Below are positions 1-15,271 of a stretch of 64,000 nucleotides of DNA, in pieces (the stretch's first letter is position 1; the number at the start of each line of letters is the position of its first letter). Under the pieces are notes generated by a model. That model was not told where the DNA came from, did no database searches, and worked only from the letters and a program-made list of their open reading frames with translations. The translations under genes were made by a program, and so were the position numbers. The stretch comes from an uncultured Pelagibacteraceae bacterium (GTDB lineage: Bacteria; Pseudomonadota; Alphaproteobacteria; Pelagibacterales; Pelagibacteraceae), in contig CACLZS010000001.1 of NCBI GenBank assembly GCA_902611465.1, positions 72,636 to 136,635 on the forward strand, in the 5' to 3' direction.

Positions 1-1848
1 GCAGAAAAAATTAGCAAGTCTCTATCAAAGCAAGCTTTATTAATAAGCGTTGATGGAGAATTAAAAGACTTAAATCATAGTATTTACAAAGACTCTTCAA
101 TTAAGATATTTACATCAAAAGATAAAGAAGGGTTAGAGACTATAAGACATGATACTGCTCACATACTCGCTATGGCAGTTCAAGAATTATTTCCAGGGAC
201 ACAAGTTACAATAGGGCCAGTTATTGAAGATGGCTTTTATTACGATTTTGCAAGAAAAGAACCTTTTACAACAGAAGATTTAGAAAAAATTGAAAACAAA
301 ATGAAAGAAATAGTAGATCGAGATGAAAAAACTTACAGAGAGGTTTGGAAAAGAAATGATGCTATCGAACATTTTAAAAAAAAGGGAGAAATATATAAAG
401 CTGAGATAATAGAAAGTATTCCAGAAGGTGAAGATGTGTCCTTATATTTTCATGGAGATTGGCACGATTTATGCAGAGGCCCTCATTTAAGTTCAACTGG
501 CAAAATTGGCAAATATTTTAAATTAACAAAAGTCTCAGGTGCTTATTGGAGAGGCGACTCTAATAATGAAATGTTGCAAAGAGTCTACGGAACAAGTTGG
601 TCTACGCAAAAAGAATTAGATGATTATTTAAACAGAATAGAAGAAGCCGAAAAAAGAGATCACAGAAAAATTGGTAAAGAAATGGATTTGTTCCATTTCA
701 GAGAAGAAAGTCCCGGATCTGTATTTTGGCATCAAAAAGGTTGGAGTTTATTCCAAAAACTTATTTCATATATGAGAATGAAACAAGAAACAGCAGGGTA
801 TCAAGAAATAAATACTCCAGAAATATTAGATCGCTCACTGTGGGAGAAATCTGGTCATTGGGAAAAATTTGGAGCCAATATGTATACTTCTACTACACCT
901 GATGAAAAAGTATTTGCAATAAAACCAATGAATTGTCCAGGTTGCGTTCAAGTTTTTAATCAAGGTTTAAAAAGTTATCGAGATTTACCACTTAAAATGT
1001 CAGAATTTGGAAAGGTTCATAGGTATGAACCATCAGGTGCACTTCATGGGTTGTTGCGTGTTAGAGCTTTCACTCAAGATGATGCACATATTTTTTGTAC
1101 TGAGGAACAAATTACTGAAGAATGTTTAACTGTAACTAATTTAATTTTGGAAATTTATAAAGATTTAGGATTTGAAGAAGTAATTTTAAAATATTCTGAT
1201 AGACCAGAATTAAGAGTTGGTGATGATCAGGTTTGGGATAAATCAGAGGCCGCTTTATTAGAAGCAATTAAAGCAACAAAATTAGAATATTCTATTAATA
1301 AGGGTGAGGGCGCTTTTTATGGTCCAAAAATAGAATTTGTTTTAAGAGATGCAATTGGAAGAGATTGGCAATGTGGAACTTTACAAGTTGATCTTAATTT
1401 ACCAGGTAGATTAGGTGCATCTTTTGTAGATAGCGATGGAAATAAAAAAGTACCAGTCATGCTACATAGAGCTTTATTTGGGTCATTAGAAAGATTTATA
1501 GGAATTTTAATTGAAAATTATTCAGGGAAATTACCTTTTTGGCTTTGTCCAGTTCAAACAATAGTAATTCCTATCTCGAGTGATTTTGATGATTATGCAA
1601 AAGTAGTAAATAGCCATTTAAAAAAAGCAGGTATTTCTTCTGAAGTAGATTTAAAAAATCATAATTTAAATTATAAAATAAGAGAACATTCATTAACTAA
1701 AGTTCCAATGCTACTAATATGTGGAAAAAAAGAAGTTGACAGTAACACAGTAACTATTAGAAGATTGGATTCTAAAAAACAAGAAACTATGGATTTAAAA
1801 GAATTCTTAAAAAAATACTCTGCTCTTAATAAAGCACCTTCAATCTAA
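1..1848 (+). CDS. thrS: threonyl-tRNA synthetase (5'-truncated by window edge)
   Basis: Frame open from base 1; motifs DLCRGPH, RDHRK, KPMNCP, LLRVRAFTQDDAH, FYGPK, HRA-GS-ERF. Confidence 0.98.
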   Translation, partial: AEKISKSLSKQALLISVDGELKDLNHSIYKDSSIKIFTSKDKEGLETIRHDTAHILAMAVQELFPGTQVTIGPVIEDGFYYDFARKEPFTTEDLEKIENKMKEIVDRDEKTYREVWKRNDAIEHFKKKGEIYKAEIIESIPEGEDVSLYFHGDWHDLCRGPHLSSTGKIGKYFKLTKVSGAYWRGDSNNEMLQRVYGTSWSTQKELDDYLNRIEEAEKRDHRKIGKEMDLFHFREESPGSVFWHQKGWSLFQKLISYMRMKQETAGYQEINTPEILDRSLWEKSGHWEKFGANMYTSTTPDEKVFAIKPMNCPGCVQVFNQGLKSYRDLPLKMSEFGKVHRYEPSGALHGLLRVRAFTQDDAHIFCTEEQITEECLTVTNLILEIYKDLGFEEVILKYSDRPELRVGDDQVWDKSEAALLEAIKATKLEYSINKGEGAFYGPKIEFVLRDAIGRDWQCGTLQVDLNLPGRLGASFVDSDGNKKVPVMLHRALFGSLERFIGILIENYSGKLPFWLCPVQTIVIPISSDFDDYAKVVNSHLKKAGISSEVDLKNHNLNYKIREHSLTKVPMLLICGKKEVDSNTVTIRRLDSKKQETMDLKEFLKKYSALNKAPSI

Positions 1849-2394
1849 GTGGCAGATTTTAAACAAAATTATTTCCAGAGAAGAACAAAATCTAGAGGTC
1901 CTAGAACAAATCAAAGAATAACTTCACAAGATGTTCAAGTTATAGCAAGCGATGGTGATAATTTAGGAATTCTAAATTTACAAGATGCTATTAATAGAGC
2001 TAAGGAACAAGGTTTAGATTTAATTGAAATCGCTCCTAATGCAAAACCTCCTGTGTGCAAAATTATGGATATGGGAAAATATAAATATGATGCACAAAAA
2101 AAAGCAAACAAAGCAAAGAAAAAACAGAAAAAGATTGAACTAAAAGAAATTAAATTACGACCAGTTACAGAAGTTCACGATTATTCATTTAAAATAAAAA
2201 ATGCACAAAAATTTATTGCAAAAGGTGACAAGGTAAAATTTACAATTAGGTTCAAAGGTAGAGAACTTCAGCATTCTAGTTTAGGGCATGAGCTTATGGA
2301 TAAGATAAAAATAGATATGGAAGCAATTGGACGTGTAGAACTTCAGCCAAAGTTTGATGGCAAGCAAATGATCATGGTTATTCAGCCTTTATAA
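1849..2394 (+). CDS. infC: translation initiation factor IF-3
   Basis: LDLIEIAPNAKPPVCKIMD and GDKVKFTIRFKGRE motifs; follows thrS; GTG start abuts the thrS stop. Confidence 0.97.
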   Translation: MADFKQNYFQRRTKSRGPRTNQRITSQDVQVIASDGDNLGILNLQDAINRAKEQGLDLIEIAPNAKPPVCKIMDMGKYKYDAQKKANKAKKKQKKIELKEIKLRPVTEVHDYSFKIKNAQKFIAKGDKVKFTIRFKGRELQHSSLGHELMDKIKIDMEAIGRVELQPKFDGKQMIMVIQPL

Positions 2395-2407
2395 GCTATA
2401 TTTGTAG

Positions 2408-2436
2408 TTGTAAATTAATAACAATATTTGTATAAC
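2408..2436 (+). promoter_or_regulatory. putative sigma70 promoter for rpmI-rplT
   Basis: TTGTAA-17 nt-TATAAC, 13 nt before the rpmI ATG. Confidence 0.6.
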
Positions 2437-2449
2437 CCCCACAAAAATT

Positions 2450-2656
2450 ATGCCTAAATTAAAAACAAAAAGTTCAGCAAAAAAAAGATTTAAAGTATCT
2501 GCAAGAGGAAAAGTTATAACTGCTCAAGCGGGTAAAAGACATGGTATGATAAAAAGAACTAATTCACAGATAAGAAAGCAAAGAGGAACTACAATACTAT
2601 CTAAACAAGATGGAAAAATTGTAAAATCTTACATGCCGTATAACTTAAGAGGATAA
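2450..2656 (+). CDS. rpmI: 50S ribosomal protein L35
   Basis: [16 protein letters not shown]-terminus; infC-rpmI-rplT order. Confidence 0.97.
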   Translation: MPKLKTKSSAKKRFKVSARGKVITAQAGKRHGMIKRTNSQIRKQRGTTILSKQDGKIVKSYMPYNLRG

Positions 2657-2657
2657 A

Positions 2658-3014
2658 ATGGCTAGAGTAAAAAGAGGTGTAACAAGCAGAGCAAAACATA
2701 AAAAAGTATTGAAAGCTGTTAAAGGTCAGTGGGGAAGAAGAAAAAACACTATAAGAGCAGCAAGACAGGCTATGGAAAAAGCTATGCAGTATGCCTACAG
2801 AGATAGAAGAAATAAAAAAAGAGATTTTAAATCGCTGTGGATTACGAGGATTAATGCTGGAGTAAGAGCTGAGGGTATGACTTATTCCAAGTTTGTAAAT
2901 GGTTTAAGCAGATCTGGTATTAAAATTGACAGAAAAATACTTGCTGAAATTGCTTATGATAGTCCTGAAGCATTTAAAACTATAGTTAAAAAAGCTCAAG
3001 CAGCATTGAATTAA
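2658..3014 (+). CDS. rplT: 50S ribosomal protein L20
   Basis: [22 protein letters not shown] motifs. Confidence 0.98.
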   Translation: MARVKRGVTSRAKHKKVLKAVKGQWGRRKNTIRAARQAMEKAMQYAYRDRRNKKRDFKSLWITRINAGVRAEGMTYSKFVNGLSRSGIKIDRKILAEIAYDSPEAFKTIVKKAQAALN

Positions 3015-3057
3015 TATTCATTGTTGTTTTTCTAGAGTTAACAAATATTCTACAAAT

Positions 3058-4125
3058 ATGTCCGATATTAAAAAAATCAAAGATGATTATTTGAATAAAT
3101 TAAATAATGATTTGAATATTGAAAGTTTAAATCAAATAAAAACAGAATTATTTGGTAAAAATGGAAAGATTTCTAATTCTTTTAAAAAATTAGGATCTTT
3201 ACCAAATGATGAGCGAAAAAAATTTGCATCGGATTTAAATTCAATAAAAAACGAACTTCAAGATAAGATAAATTCTAAACTTCAAGAAATTGAAACAAAA
3301 GAGATTAACTCTAAACTTGAAAATGAAAAAGTAGATGTAACATTACCTGAGAGAGAATTTAGTCGAGGAAAAATACATCCTGTTTCACAAGTAATTGACG
3401 AGATATCGTCAATATTTTCAGAAATTGGGTTTAGCGTTGAAGAAGGGCCAGATATAGAGAATGAGCATTATAATTTTACTGCATTAAATACACCTGACAA
3501 TCATCCAGCGAGAGATATGCATGATACTTTTTATATAGACAATAATAAAGAATTATTATTAAGAACTCATACTTCTCCAGTACAAGTTAGAACAATGCTA
3601 AATGGAAAACCTCCATTTAAAATTATAGCTCCAGGCAGAACATATAGATCTGACAGTGATCAAACTCATTCTCCTATGTTTCACCAAGTTGAAGGTCTTC
3701 ATATAGATAAAGACATAAACATGGGTCATCTAAAAGGATGCTTGAATTATTTCATAAAATCATTTTTTGAAGTGGATAAAATAAAAATGAGATTCAGACC
3801 TAGTCACTTTCCTTTCACTGAACCATCTGCAGAAGTAGATATTGGTTATGAGATAAAAGATGGAAAAATAGTAATTGGAGAAGGAGATAAATGGTTAGAA
3901 ATTCTTGGTTGTGGGATGGTGCATCCCAATGTACTTAAGAATGTTAAAGTAAATCCAGATAAGTACCAAGGTTATGCTTTTGGGATTGGTATAGATAGAC
4001 TTGGAATGCTTAAATATGGAATCAATGACTTAAGAGCTTTTTTTGAGACTGACTATAGATGGCTTAATCATTTTGGTTTTGATCCATTGGATGTTCCATC
4101 AAATTATAGAGGTCTTAGCAGATGA
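3058..4125 (+). CDS. pheS: phenylalanyl-tRNA synthetase alpha subunit
   Basis: [36 protein letters not shown]. Confidence 0.98.
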   Translation: MSDIKKIKDDYLNKLNNDLNIESLNQIKTELFGKNGKISNSFKKLGSLPNDERKKFASDLNSIKNELQDKINSKLQEIETKEINSKLENEKVDVTLPEREFSRGKIHPVSQVIDEISSIFSEIGFSVEEGPDIENEHYNFTALNTPDNHPARDMHDTFYIDNNKELLLRTHTSPVQVRTMLNGKPPFKIIAPGRTYRSDSDQTHSPMFHQVEGLHIDKDINMGHLKGCLNYFIKSFFEVDKIKMRFRPSHFPFTEPSAEVDIGYEIKDGKIVIGEGDKWLEILGCGMVHPNVLKNVKVNPDKYQGYAFGIGIDRLGMLKYGINDLRAFFETDYRWLNHFGFDPLDVPSNYRGLSR

Positions 4126-6530
4126 AATTTACCATAGGTTGGTTAAAGGAGCACTTAGACACTCAAAAGAAAGATAACGAGTTAATTGAAAAACTAACAG
4201 ATATTGGTCTGGAAGTTGAAAGTTTTGAAAATCTAAGCTCTGGATTAGACAGTTTTAAAGTAGCAAAAATTATTAATGCTGATCAGCATCCGAATGCAGA
4301 TAGACTGAGAATATGCGATGTTGATATTGGGTTAGATGATACTGTTAAGGTAGTATGTGGAGCACCAAATGCAAAAAAAGATCTTCTTACTGTTTATGCA
4401 GGTCCAGGATCAATAATTCCAAAAAATAACATGAAACTCTCAGTTAGTAAGATTAGAGGTGTTACTTCCTATGGAATGCTGTGTTCAGAGTCTGAACTTA
4501 ACTTATCAAATGAAAGTGAAGGAATAACAGAACTAACAACTAGTAAATACTCTGATAAAATTGGTAAAAATTTTTTTCAAAGTAATACTGAAAAAGTTGT
4601 AGATTTATCAATTACACCTAATCGTCCTGATTGCTTGGGGGTAAGAGGTATAGCTAGAGATCTTGCTGCTGCTGGAGTTGGTAAATTAAAAAAAATTTCA
4701 CTTAAAAATATTAAAAAAAATGGATCACAAAAAATTAAAGTTTCAATTACAAAAGATAAAAATCAAGGTTGTACTGTATTTGGTAGCTGTTTAATTGAGG
4801 GTGTTACTAATAAAGAAAGTCCTCAATGGCTTAAAGAAAAAATTATTTCACTTGGTCAAAAACCAATTTCAGCAGTTGTTGATATTACAAATTATGTGAT
4901 GTTAGATTTAAATAGACCACTTCATGCATATGATGCAGATAAAATTGATAAGGAAATTATAGTAAGAAATTCAAAAAAGGGTGAAACTTTTGAAGCTCTT
5001 GATAACAAAGAGTATAAATTAGATGATGATATGTGTGTTATCTCTGATAAATCTGGAGTTTTAGGCTTGGGAGGAATCATTGGAGGAACACGTTCTGGAA
5101 CTGAAATTAATACTAAAAATATTTTATTAGAATCCGCCTATTTTATCCCTAGATCAATTAGAAAAACTTCAAAATTATTAAATATTGATACTGATGCAAA
5201 ATTCAGATTTGAAAGAGGGATTGATCCTCAATCGATCGAATTAGGTTTGTCAAAAGCTGCTGAATTGATATCTGAGATTTGTGGCGGTAAAATAAGTAAT
5301 TTTGATATTCAACAAACCGATAAGCATGAAAAGAATAAAATTAAATTTAATGTCTCTTTATTTGAAAAAATAACTGGCTTTAAAGTAAATGATAATGAAA
5401 TAATTAAAATTTTAACCGATCTAGGATTTGAAGTTTCAAAGGAAAAATTTGAATTAGATTTAAAAATACCTACTTGGAGACCTGATATAACTCAACCAAT
5501 TGATATAGTTGAGGAAATAGTAAGAATTAAAGGATATGAGAACATAGAAACCTTACAACCTGAAAAAACAAAAATAAAAGATACTTTAAATGCACAACAA
5601 AAACTTTTTCACTTTCTTCAACGTTCTGTGGCATCTAAAGGATATTTTGAGACTGTAACATGGTCATTCACAGACTCAAAAATAAACAAACTTTTTAGAG
5701 AAAATCTAAAAGAAATTAAAATAGTAAATCCAATAAGTTCAGAATTAGATGTTCTACGAAATTCAATTTTCACAAATTTGACATTTTATTTAAAGAAAAA
5801 TTTAGACAGAGGATTTAAAGATATTTCACTGTTTGAAATTGGTCCAATTTTTAAGGGTAGTAAGCCAGGCGAGCAATCGACGATAATTGGTGCAATAAAA
5901 TCAGGAAAAGTATCAAGATTAAACTGGAACGAAAAAGATAGGATAGTTGATGTTTTTGACGTTAAGAAGGATGTAATTCAGACACTAGTCGAAGCTGGAT
6001 ACGATAGGCAAAGTTTTTTTGTAAGAGATAAATCTCCTTCATATTATCACCCAGGCAAATCTGGCTCAGTCTATCTTGATAAGGAGGAAATAGACCCTGT
6101 TGCTTATTTTGGTGAAATACATCCAAATATTTTAAAAAAACTTGATATTAAAACTGAAGGTCTGGTTGGTTTTGAAATTTATATAGATTATCTAAGGGAG
6201 CATAAAACAAAACTTAAAGACCTAAAAACAAATTTTGAGTACTCAGATTATCAAAAATCAGAAAGAGACTTTGCATTTGTTGTAGATAAAAATATTAAGG
6301 CACAAGATTTAATAGAAATAATATCATCAATTGATAAAAATTTAATAAGATCTATAAAAATTTTTGACATTTATGAGGGTGAAAATATTCCTCAAGATAA
6401 AAAGTCGATAGCTCTAAATATAACAATTCAATCATCTAAAAAGACATTAGAAGAGAGTGATCTTGAAAAAATTAATAAATTAATTATTTCAACTGTAGAG
6501 ACTAAATCTGGCGCAAAAATTAGATCTTGA
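4122..6530 (+). CDS. pheT: phenylalanyl-tRNA synthetase beta subunit
   Basis: [28 protein letters not shown]; C-terminal anticodon-binding domain. Confidence 0.98.
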   Translation: MKFTIGWLKEHLDTQKKDNELIEKLTDIGLEVESFENLSSGLDSFKVAKIINADQHPNADRLRICDVDIGLDDTVKVVCGAPNAKKDLLTVYAGPGSIIPKNNMKLSVSKIRGVTSYGMLCSESELNLSNESEGITELTTSKYSDKIGKNFFQSNTEKVVDLSITPNRPDCLGVRGIARDLAAAGVGKLKKISLKNIKKNGSQKIKVSITKDKNQGCTVFGSCLIEGVTNKESPQWLKEKIISLGQKPISAVVDITNYVMLDLNRPLHAYDADKIDKEIIVRNSKKGETFEALDNKEYKLDDDMCVISDKSGVLGLGGIIGGTRSGTEINTKNILLESAYFIPRSIRKTSKLLNIDTDAKFRFERGIDPQSIELGLSKAAELISEICGGKISNFDIQQTDKHEKNKIKFNVSLFEKITGFKVNDNEIIKILTDLGFEVSKEKFELDLKIPTWRPDITQPIDIVEEIVRIKGYENIETLQPEKTKIKDTLNAQQKLFHFLQRSVASKGYFETVTWSFTDSKINKLFRENLKEIKIVNPISSELDVLRNSIFTNLTFYLKKNLDRGFKDISLFEIGPIFKGSKPGEQSTIIGAIKSGKVSRLNWNEKDRIVDVFDVKKDVIQTLVEAGYDRQSFFVRDKSPSYYHPGKSGSVYLDKEEIDPVAYFGEIHPNILKKLDIKTEGLVGFEIYIDYLREHKTKLKDLKTNFEYSDYQKSERDFAFVVDKNIKAQDLIEIISSIDKNLIRSIKIFDIYEGENIPQDKKSIALNITIQSSKKTLEESDLEKINKLIISTVETKSGAKIRS

Positions 6531-8342
6531 ATGTCCACTGAAATTGATAATATCAGAAATTTTGCAATAATCGCTCATATTGACCATGGTAAGTCAACTA
6601 TAGCAGATAGAATTATACATAGATGTGGTGGCTTGACAGACAGAGAAATGAAAGCCCAAGTTCTGGATTCAATGGATATTGAAAGAGAGAGAGGTATAAC
6701 TATTAAGGCACAAACGGTAAAATTAAATTATAAATCTAAAGATGGAAAAAATTATATTCTAAATATTATAGATACCCCAGGTCATGTTGATTTTAGTTAT
6801 GAAGTAAGTAGATCTTTATATGCTTGCGAAGGTTCAATATTAATTGTGGACAGTACCCAAGGAGTTGAAGCTCAAACATTAGCTAATGTTTATCAAGCTC
6901 TTGATATAAATCATGAAATAATACCAGTTTTAAATAAAATTGATTTACCAGCTTCAGATATTGATAGAACAAATAAACAAATCGAAGATGTAATAGGTAT
7001 TGATACATCCAACGCAGTTCCATGTTCTGGAAAAACTGGTGAAGGAATTGACGATATCTTAGAGCAAATTATTCAAACATTGCCAGGTCCAAAAGGTAAA
7101 AAAGATCAAAAATTAAAGTGTTTATTAGTGGATAGTTGGTACGATACGTATTTAGGCGTAGTCATTCTAGTAAGGGTAATTGATGGAAAAATTAAAAAAA
7201 ATATGAAAATTAAAATGATGTCAACAAATCAAGAGTATTTTGTTGAGAAAGTAGGTGTTTTTACGCCTAAACCAAAAGACATTGATGAACTGAATTCTGG
7301 AGAGATTGGATTTATCACAACAGGTATCAAAGTTTTATCAGAAACAAAAGTTGGAGATACAATTTGTGATGCATCCAAACCACTATCAGAAACTTTACCT
7401 GGTTTTAAGCCGAGTAAACCAGTAGTGTTTTGTGGATTATTTCCTGTCGACAGCTCTGAGTATCAAAAATTAAAAGACGGATTAGCTAAATTAAAATTAA
7501 ATGATTCTAGTTTTTCCTTTGAGCCCGAATCTTCTTCAGCCTTAGGTTTAGGTTTTAGGTGTGGTTTTTTAGGTTTATTGCACTTGGAAATTGTTACGGA
7601 AAGACTTGAAAGAGAATTTGATATAAATCTATTAACTACAACTCCTGGGGTTGTATACAAGATCCATATGAACAATGGCGAGATAAAAGATTTACAAAAT
7701 CCATCAAGTTTACCAGATCCAACTTTGATAAAATTAATTGAGGAACCTTGGATTAAAGCTACAATTATTACTCCTGATCAGTATCTAGGCCCTATAATGA
7801 AAATATGCCAAGATAAAAGAGGAATTCAAACAAATTTAAGTTATTCTGGAAGTAGAGCAGTTGTAAATTACGAATTACCATTAAATGAAATTGTATTTGA
7901 TTTTAATGATCGATTAAAATCGATGACAAGTGGATATGCAAGCTTTGATTATGAAATTATAGGTCATAGAGAAGGCGAACTTGTAAAAATGGGTATTTTA
8001 GTAAATACAGAACCAGTTGATGCCTTAGCTATGATGATACATAAAGATTTTGCTCAAAAAACTGGACGAGAAGTTTGCGAAAAATTAAAAGACTTAATAC
8101 CAAGACATAATTTTATGATACCAATTCAAGCAGCAATAGGGGGTAAAATTATTGCGAGAGAAACGATAAAAGGATTTAAAAAAGATGTCCTAACAAAAAT
8201 TCATGGTGGTGGTGCAGTCGATAGGAAAAGAAAACTATTAGAAAAACAAAAAAAAGGAAAAGCAAGAGCAAAACAATTTGGAAAAGTTGAAATCCCACAA
8301 GAAGCATTTATTGGTGTACTTAAAATATCAAAAGAAAAATGA
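6531..8342 (+). CDS. lepA: translation elongation factor 4 (LepA)
   Basis: [29 protein letters not shown]. Confidence 0.98.
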   Translation: MSTEIDNIRNFAIIAHIDHGKSTIADRIIHRCGGLTDREMKAQVLDSMDIERERGITIKAQTVKLNYKSKDGKNYILNIIDTPGHVDFSYEVSRSLYACEGSILIVDSTQGVEAQTLANVYQALDINHEIIPVLNKIDLPASDIDRTNKQIEDVIGIDTSNAVPCSGKTGEGIDDILEQIIQTLPGPKGKKDQKLKCLLVDSWYDTYLGVVILVRVIDGKIKKNMKIKMMSTNQEYFVEKVGVFTPKPKDIDELNSGEIGFITTGIKVLSETKVGDTICDASKPLSETLPGFKPSKPVVFCGLFPVDSSEYQKLKDGLAKLKLNDSSFSFEPESSSALGLGFRCGFLGLLHLEIVTERLEREFDINLLTTTPGVVYKIHMNNGEIKDLQNPSSLPDPTLIKLIEEPWIKATIITPDQYLGPIMKICQDKRGIQTNLSYSGSRAVVNYELPLNEIVFDFNDRLKSMTSGYASFDYEIIGHREGELVKMGILVNTEPVDALAMMIHKDFAQKTGREVCEKLKDLIPRHNFMIPIQAAIGGKIIARETIKGFKKDVLTKIHGGGAVDRKRKLLEKQKKGKARAKQFGKVEIPQEAFIGVLKISKEK

Positions 8343-9121
8343 CTAAAATTTTAATATTTTTTTTATTATTATTAAATTTAATTCTATTATATTTATTAAA
8401 TAAAAAAAAAATTAAAAATTTTTTTTATAAAAGTAAAATTCAATTAGTTGAATTGGATCGTGTAGATGAAATTTTTTTAAACAATAAAATTGATAATAAT
8501 TTGCATGGACCAAAACAAGAGGTAATTGTAAAAAATTTTTGTATCCAGGGAAATAATAATATTGTTGGAATTACTTCAGACTATGAGGCATGGATTATTT
8601 CATCTTTAAGTAAAATTAGTAATAACATACTTGAATTTGGAACCTGTAGTGGAAAAACTACATATTTAATGGCTTTAAACTCTCCAGATCAGGCTAAAAT
8701 AACCACTTTAACTCTTAGTCCACAAGATTTGAAAGGAATTAAAAAAAATAAATTTGATAATAAAGTTTCATATAGAAATTTAATCAATGAAAGTATTTAT
8801 AATAAATTTCTTTTTTCTAGCACTAAGTATGAAAATAAAATTGATGTAATCTTCCAAAATTCACTCAATTTAAATGAGAAATTGTTTCTTAAAAAATTTG
8901 ATTTAATATTTATTGATGGTGGTCATACTTACTCAATCGTTAAAAGTGACTCAGAAAAATCATTTAAAATGTTGAAATCAAATGGAATTATTTTATGGCA
9001 TGATTTCGTTCCTGGAAAAGAATCGGCAAAGAACGTTGTAAAATATATTAACACTATTTCAAAAGAAAAAAAAATATTTCATATAAATAATACGTCACTT
9101 TGCTATTATAGAAAAAAATAA
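8339..9121 (+). CDS. membrane-anchored class I SAM-dependent methyltransferase (Methyltransf_24-like)
   Basis: N-terminal hydrophobic segment; ILEFGTCSG motif I; [10 protein letters not shown]; ILWHDF. Confidence 0.8.
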   Translation: MTKILIFFLLLLNLILLYLLNKKKIKNFFYKSKIQLVELDRVDEIFLNNKIDNNLHGPKQEVIVKNFCIQGNNNIVGITSDYEAWIISSLSKISNNILEFGTCSGKTTYLMALNSPDQAKITTLTLSPQDLKGIKKNKFDNKVSYRNLINESIYNKFLFSSTKYENKIDVIFQNSLNLNEKLFLKKFDLIFIDGGHTYSIVKSDSEKSFKMLKSNGIILWHDFVPGKESAKNVVKYINTISKEKKIFHINNTSLCYYRKK

Positions 9122-9125
9122 TCAA

Positions 9126-9215
9126 GGAGAGGTGGCCGAGTGGTTGAAGGCGCACGCTTGGAAAGCGTGTATAGGGGAAACTCTATCATGGGTTCGAATC
9201 CCATTCTCTCCGCCA
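9126..9215 (+). tRNA. tRNA-Ser(GGA)
   Basis: Cloverleaf GGAGAGG/TCTCTCC, anticodon arm CACGC-TTGGAAA-GCGTG, long variable arm, TTCGAAT, encoded CCA. Confidence 0.97.
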
Positions 9216-10004
9216 TTAATTTTTATTAATAAAGTAATAATCAAAATCAATTTTCATTAATTCTATAAATTTAAATTCAAATAATTTTTTTTTTACTAAA
9301 ATTTCATTTTTTGGTAGTATTTCAACTTGTAAAATTATTTTATTTTTTGTAAATAAATTAATAAATCCTTCAAGAACTTGTAACTCATGACCTTCAACAT
9401 CTATTTTAAGAAATATAACTTTATTTTGAAATTTTAAGAAATCATCACCTTTTTTAAAATTAGCTTCTAACAAAAATTTATTTTTTAAATCATCAGATTT
9501 ATTTAGAACTCCAAAACCCCCTAATTGAGTATAATTATTTTTAATTAAAGCTTTCATTTTAAGATTGGTATTTTTATTAGATAATCCAAAATTATATAAA
9601 TTTATATTTTTAATATTTTTTTTATCTTTATTTATTGAAATATTAAAAATAAATTTATCGTATGATAATTTTATTGGTTCAAAACTATAAATTTTTAAAT
9701 TACTAAATTCTTTTGCGTGTATTAAAGAATATACTCCACAATTTGCACCTATATCAAAATATATATTTGCACAATATTTAGTAATTAATTTGATTGAAGT
9801 ATTTATTTGATCATTTTCATAATAATCAAATAATATAATTGATTTATCAACAGGTTCATTAATATCTAAATTAAATTTAACACCTTTAAACTCAAGTAAA
9901 AATCTTTTTTTTTTTATTAATTTAAAAATTCTTGTAGATAGTGATGAATAAAGTCTTTTTATTATTGGAATTTGTCGTAATATCCTTTTAAAATTTAATA
10001 ACAT
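9216..10004 (-). CDS. FkbM-family methyltransferase
   Basis: [32 protein letters not shown] motifs. Confidence 0.88.
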   Translation of the reverse strand: MLLNFKRILRQIPIIKRLYSSLSTRIFKLIKKKRFLLEFKGVKFNLDINEPVDKSIILFDYYENDQINTSIKLITKYCANIYFDIGANCGVYSLIHAKEFSNLKIYSFEPIKLSYDKFIFNISINKDKKNIKNINLYNFGLSNKNTNLKMKALIKNNYTQLGGFGVLNKSDDLKNKFLLEANFKKGDDFLKFQNKVIFLKIDVEGHELQVLEGFINLFTKNKIILQVEILPKNEILVKKKLFEFKFIELMKIDFDYYFINKN

Positions 10005-10124
10005 CTAATTTAATTAAAATATTTTTATATTTATCAAATTTATATTGATTTTGCTCATCTTTTTAAGTTTTTTATTTGATTGTGGAAATTATAAATAACC
10101 TTTTTTAATTAAAAAATGTTATAA

Positions 10125-12200
<2,076 letters not shown>

Positions 12201-12203
12201 TTA

Positions 12204-13481
12204 ATGGGAATAAGTATCAATTCCAAATCATCTCATTTAAACAAAATTACATACGTTAATTTAAGATGGATAGGTGTAATAGGGCAATTTATTACTATAA
12301 ATGCTGTTGCATTTTTATTTAAATTTGAATTTAATTTTTTACTAGCAAATATAATAGTTTTATTTGGTGCCTTAAGTAACATTTTTCTGTTCTATTTTTT
12401 TAAAAAAAATCAATTGCAAGAAAATATATCGTTAACTTTTCTTACTCTTGATATTATACAATTGAGTTTTTTACTTTATTTAACTGGTGGTATAATAAAT
12501 CCATTCTCGATATTTTTAATAATACCAAGTATTTTTGCTTCAAATACCTTAAGTATTAAAACAAATATTTTATTAATATTTTTGACAATTTTTTCAATAA
12601 TTTTACTTACCTTCTTCCACCAAGAATTACCTTCGCCATTAAATGAATATATTTTTAGTAATTACTATTATTTTTCAGTTCCTATTGCCTTAATTATTGC
12701 ACTTATTTTTTTAAGTTTTTTTGCTTTAACATTTGGGAATGAGTCAAAAGTTAGAAAAGATGCATTAGACAAAATTCAGGAAGTTATTTCTAAAGAGAAT
12801 GAGCTAGTATCATTAGGTGGACAAGCTGCAGCAGCTGCTCATTCTTTAGGCACACCACTTTCTACAATAAAAATTATTTCTCAAGATTTGTATAATAATT
12901 TTAAAAACAATAAAGAATTAAAAAAAGATGTTGAACTGCTTGTAAGTCAAGTTGATCGATGCAATGAAATATTGAAAAAATTATCTTTAAATCCTGTTAT
13001 TGAAGATGATTTTATAGATAAGAATATTACTCTACACAATTATGTGAAAGAAATTGTGAACTCTTTTAAAGAAATATCAGATAAAAATTTTATCATTAAT
13101 ATTGAGCAGAATTATAATTCTTTTGAAGTTTCAAAATTAATTGAAGTTGTTTATGGTATAAGAAATTTTATTGGAAATGCAAATAAGTTTGCAAATAAAA
13201 ATATTTATATTTCAATAACAAGTGATAGTGAAAACTCTTCGATATCTATTGAAGATGATGGTCTGGGATTTCCAAAAGATATATTAACCAAAATTGGGGA
13301 TCCATATATAAAATCATTACAATCTAACAATAAATCAAAAGCAGGATTGGGCTTAGGAATATTTATAGGTAAAACTTTATTAGAAAAAAATAAGGCAAAA
13401 CTTTTAATTAGGAATTCAGAGACCAGAGGTGGTGCTGAAATTAAAATACAGTGGTCTAATAAAGATTTAATTAGTATTTAG
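12204..13481 (+). CDS. regB: RegB/PrrB/ActS-family redox sensor histidine kinase
   Basis: LRW in first TM, about 6 TMs, quinone-binding [19 protein letters not shown]-box, redox Cys in DRC, G1/G2 boxes. Confidence 0.9.
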   Translation: MGISINSKSSHLNKITYVNLRWIGVIGQFITINAVAFLFKFEFNFLLANIIVLFGALSNIFLFYFFKKNQLQENISLTFLTLDIIQLSFLLYLTGGIINPFSIFLIIPSIFASNTLSIKTNILLIFLTIFSIILLTFFHQELPSPLNEYIFSNYYYFSVPIALIIALIFLSFFALTFGNESKVRKDALDKIQEVISKENELVSLGGQAAAAAHSLGTPLSTIKIISQDLYNNFKNNKELKKDVELLVSQVDRCNEILKKLSLNPVIEDDFIDKNITLHNYVKEIVNSFKEISDKNFIINIEQNYNSFEVSKLIEVVYGIRNFIGNANKFANKNIYISITSDSENSSISIEDDGLGFPKDILTKIGDPYIKSLQSNNKSKAGLGLGIFIGKTLLEKNKAKLLIRNSETRGGAEIKIQWSNKDLISI

Positions 13482-15271
13482 TGAAGCTTTTTATTTTCAA
13501 ATAGTCCACTTAATTGATCTATCATAACATCGCCAAGTTCTTGTACATCAGAAATTTTGATAGCTTTTTTATAATATCGGGATACATCATGACCAATTCC
13601 TATAGCTAATATTTCTACTTCACTTTTATTCTCAATAAATTTTACAATTTTTTTTAAATTTTTTTCTAAAAAATCTCCTGAATTTACTGACAATGTTGAG
13701 TCGTCGACTGGTGCGCCATCTGAAATAACCATAAGGATTTTTCTTTCCTCTTTTCTTTTCTTTAGTCTATTAAATGCCCATGTTATTGCTTCGCCATCTA
13801 TATTTTCTTTTAATAAACCCTCTTTTAGCATCAATCCCAAATTTTTTTTTGATTGTCTCCAATGAGAATCAGCACCTTTGTAAATTATGTGTCTTAAATC
13901 ATTAAGTCTTCCAGGATTTTTTTTTTTACCCAACCTATTCCATTCTTGGCGGCTTTTGCCACCTTTCCAATTTTTCGTAGTAAAACCTAGAATTTCAACT
14001 TTAACTGAGCATCTTTCTAAAGTTCTGGATAAAATATCAGCACATATTGCTGCTATTGTTATAGGCCTTCCTCTCATTGATCCAGAATTATCAATTAAAA
14101 GAGTTACAATTGTATCTTTAAAGTCTAAATCTTTTTCTTTTTTAAATGATAATGAATTATATGGATCAATGATAATTCGAGGTAACTTTGAACTATCTAA
14201 CAATCCTTCTTCTAGATCAAATTCCCATGATCGATTTTGTTTTGCCATTAATTGTCTTTGTAATTTATTTGCCAACTTAGTAATTAAATCTTGAAAACTT
14301 GTAAGCTGTTGATCTAAATTTTTTCTGAGTTTTTGAATTTCCTCAGCTGTATCTAAACTTTCTGCTTTCGCAACTTCATCAAATTCAGTAGTAAATATTT
14401 TATATTCTTTATCACTTATACTTAAATTTTTTTTTTGTATAATATTTTCTGACTCTGTGTCTTCATTATTTTCACTACCAAGTTGATCCTCAAGTCTAAA
14501 CTCATTTACGTCATCCTCACTATCCATTCCCTGACTTATATTTTCATCTTCACTTGTTTTACTTGAGTCATTATTATCTTTGTCTTCATTGTTATTAGAA
14601 TTATTATGATCCTGCGTATCATCATTTTCTTCATTTTCTTTTTCAGTTGTGTCATCATTTTCAAATATATCCATACTTTCCAAAATTTCAGAAAATTTAG
14701 CGTTATATACTTCTTGATTTTCTAGATTTTGTTTTAAAAACTCAAAGTGTTTGTCTATTGACTTATTAAAATCTTTCTCCCAAAATTTAAGAATTTCTTT
14801 ATTTTCTGGGTATAATTCGACATCAAAAAACTTGTTTGTCATATAAATTTCAAAAGCATCTATAATATTTGTATCTTCCTTTTTTGTTATTTTTTCTTTT
14901 TTCAAATATTGAAGTCTATTTTTGTAATTGTCTTTGAAATTTTTAGAAATTCCTTTTAGCATCTCTGAGCCAAGTAATTCATACCTTACCTTTTCTGCAA
15001 GCTGGTAGAGTGTTCTGCATGATGGATTCTGTGGGTTGTTTTTATCTAATAATTTTCTGTTTGAAAATCTTGTTTTTAAAGCCTCAGAATCTGTCTCAGC
15101 CCTTAGTTTTTTAAATTGATTTTTATCATTAATATTTTCAATTTCTCCAATATCATAAACTTTTTCGTCATTTTTTTTATTTTTGACAGCTTTATAGTCA
15201 TCTGAAATTACTTTGTAAGTTGATTGAAGGGCTTGTTTAAATTTTTCTTTAATACTATCTTCTTTGTTCAT
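13478..15271 (-). CDS. cobT: CobT-family vWA protein (cobaltochelatase subunit-like)
   Basis: Acidic linker, [38 protein letters not shown]; start placed at ATG 15271 overlapping the cobS stop. Confidence 0.9.
   Translation of the reverse strand: MNKEDSIKEKFKQALQSTYKVISDDYKAVKNKKNDEKVYDIGEIENINDKNQFKKLRAETDSEALKTRFSNRKLLDKNNPQNPSCRTLYQLAEKVRYELLGSEMLKGISKNFKDNYKNRLQYLKKEKITKKEDTNIIDAFEIYMTNKFFDVELYPENKEILKFWEKDFNKSIDKHFEFLKQNLENQEVYNAKFSEILESMDIFENDDTTEKENEENDDTQDHNNSNNNEDKDNNDSSKTSEDENISQGMDSEDDVNEFRLEDQLGSENNEDTESENIIQKKNLSISDKEYKIFTTEFDEVAKAESLDTAEEIQKLRKNLDQQLTSFQDLITKLANKLQRQLMAKQNRSWEFDLEEGLLDSSKLPRIIIDPYNSLSFKKEKDLDFKDTIVTLLIDNSGSMRGRPITIAAICADILSRTLERCSVKVEILGFTTKNWKGGKSRQEWNRLGKKKNPGRLNDLRHIIYKGADSHWRQSKKNLGLMLKEGLLKENIDGEAITWAFNRLKKRKEERKILMVISDGAPVDDSTLSVNSGDFLEKNLKKIVKFIENKSEVEILAIGIGHDVSRYYKKAIKISDVQELGDVMIDQLSGLFENKKLH

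Noticed and set aside
1849-1851. Non-ATG start of infC as an autoregulation signal
   Set aside because: GTG is an ordinary start, and the true start cannot be fixed from sequence alone.
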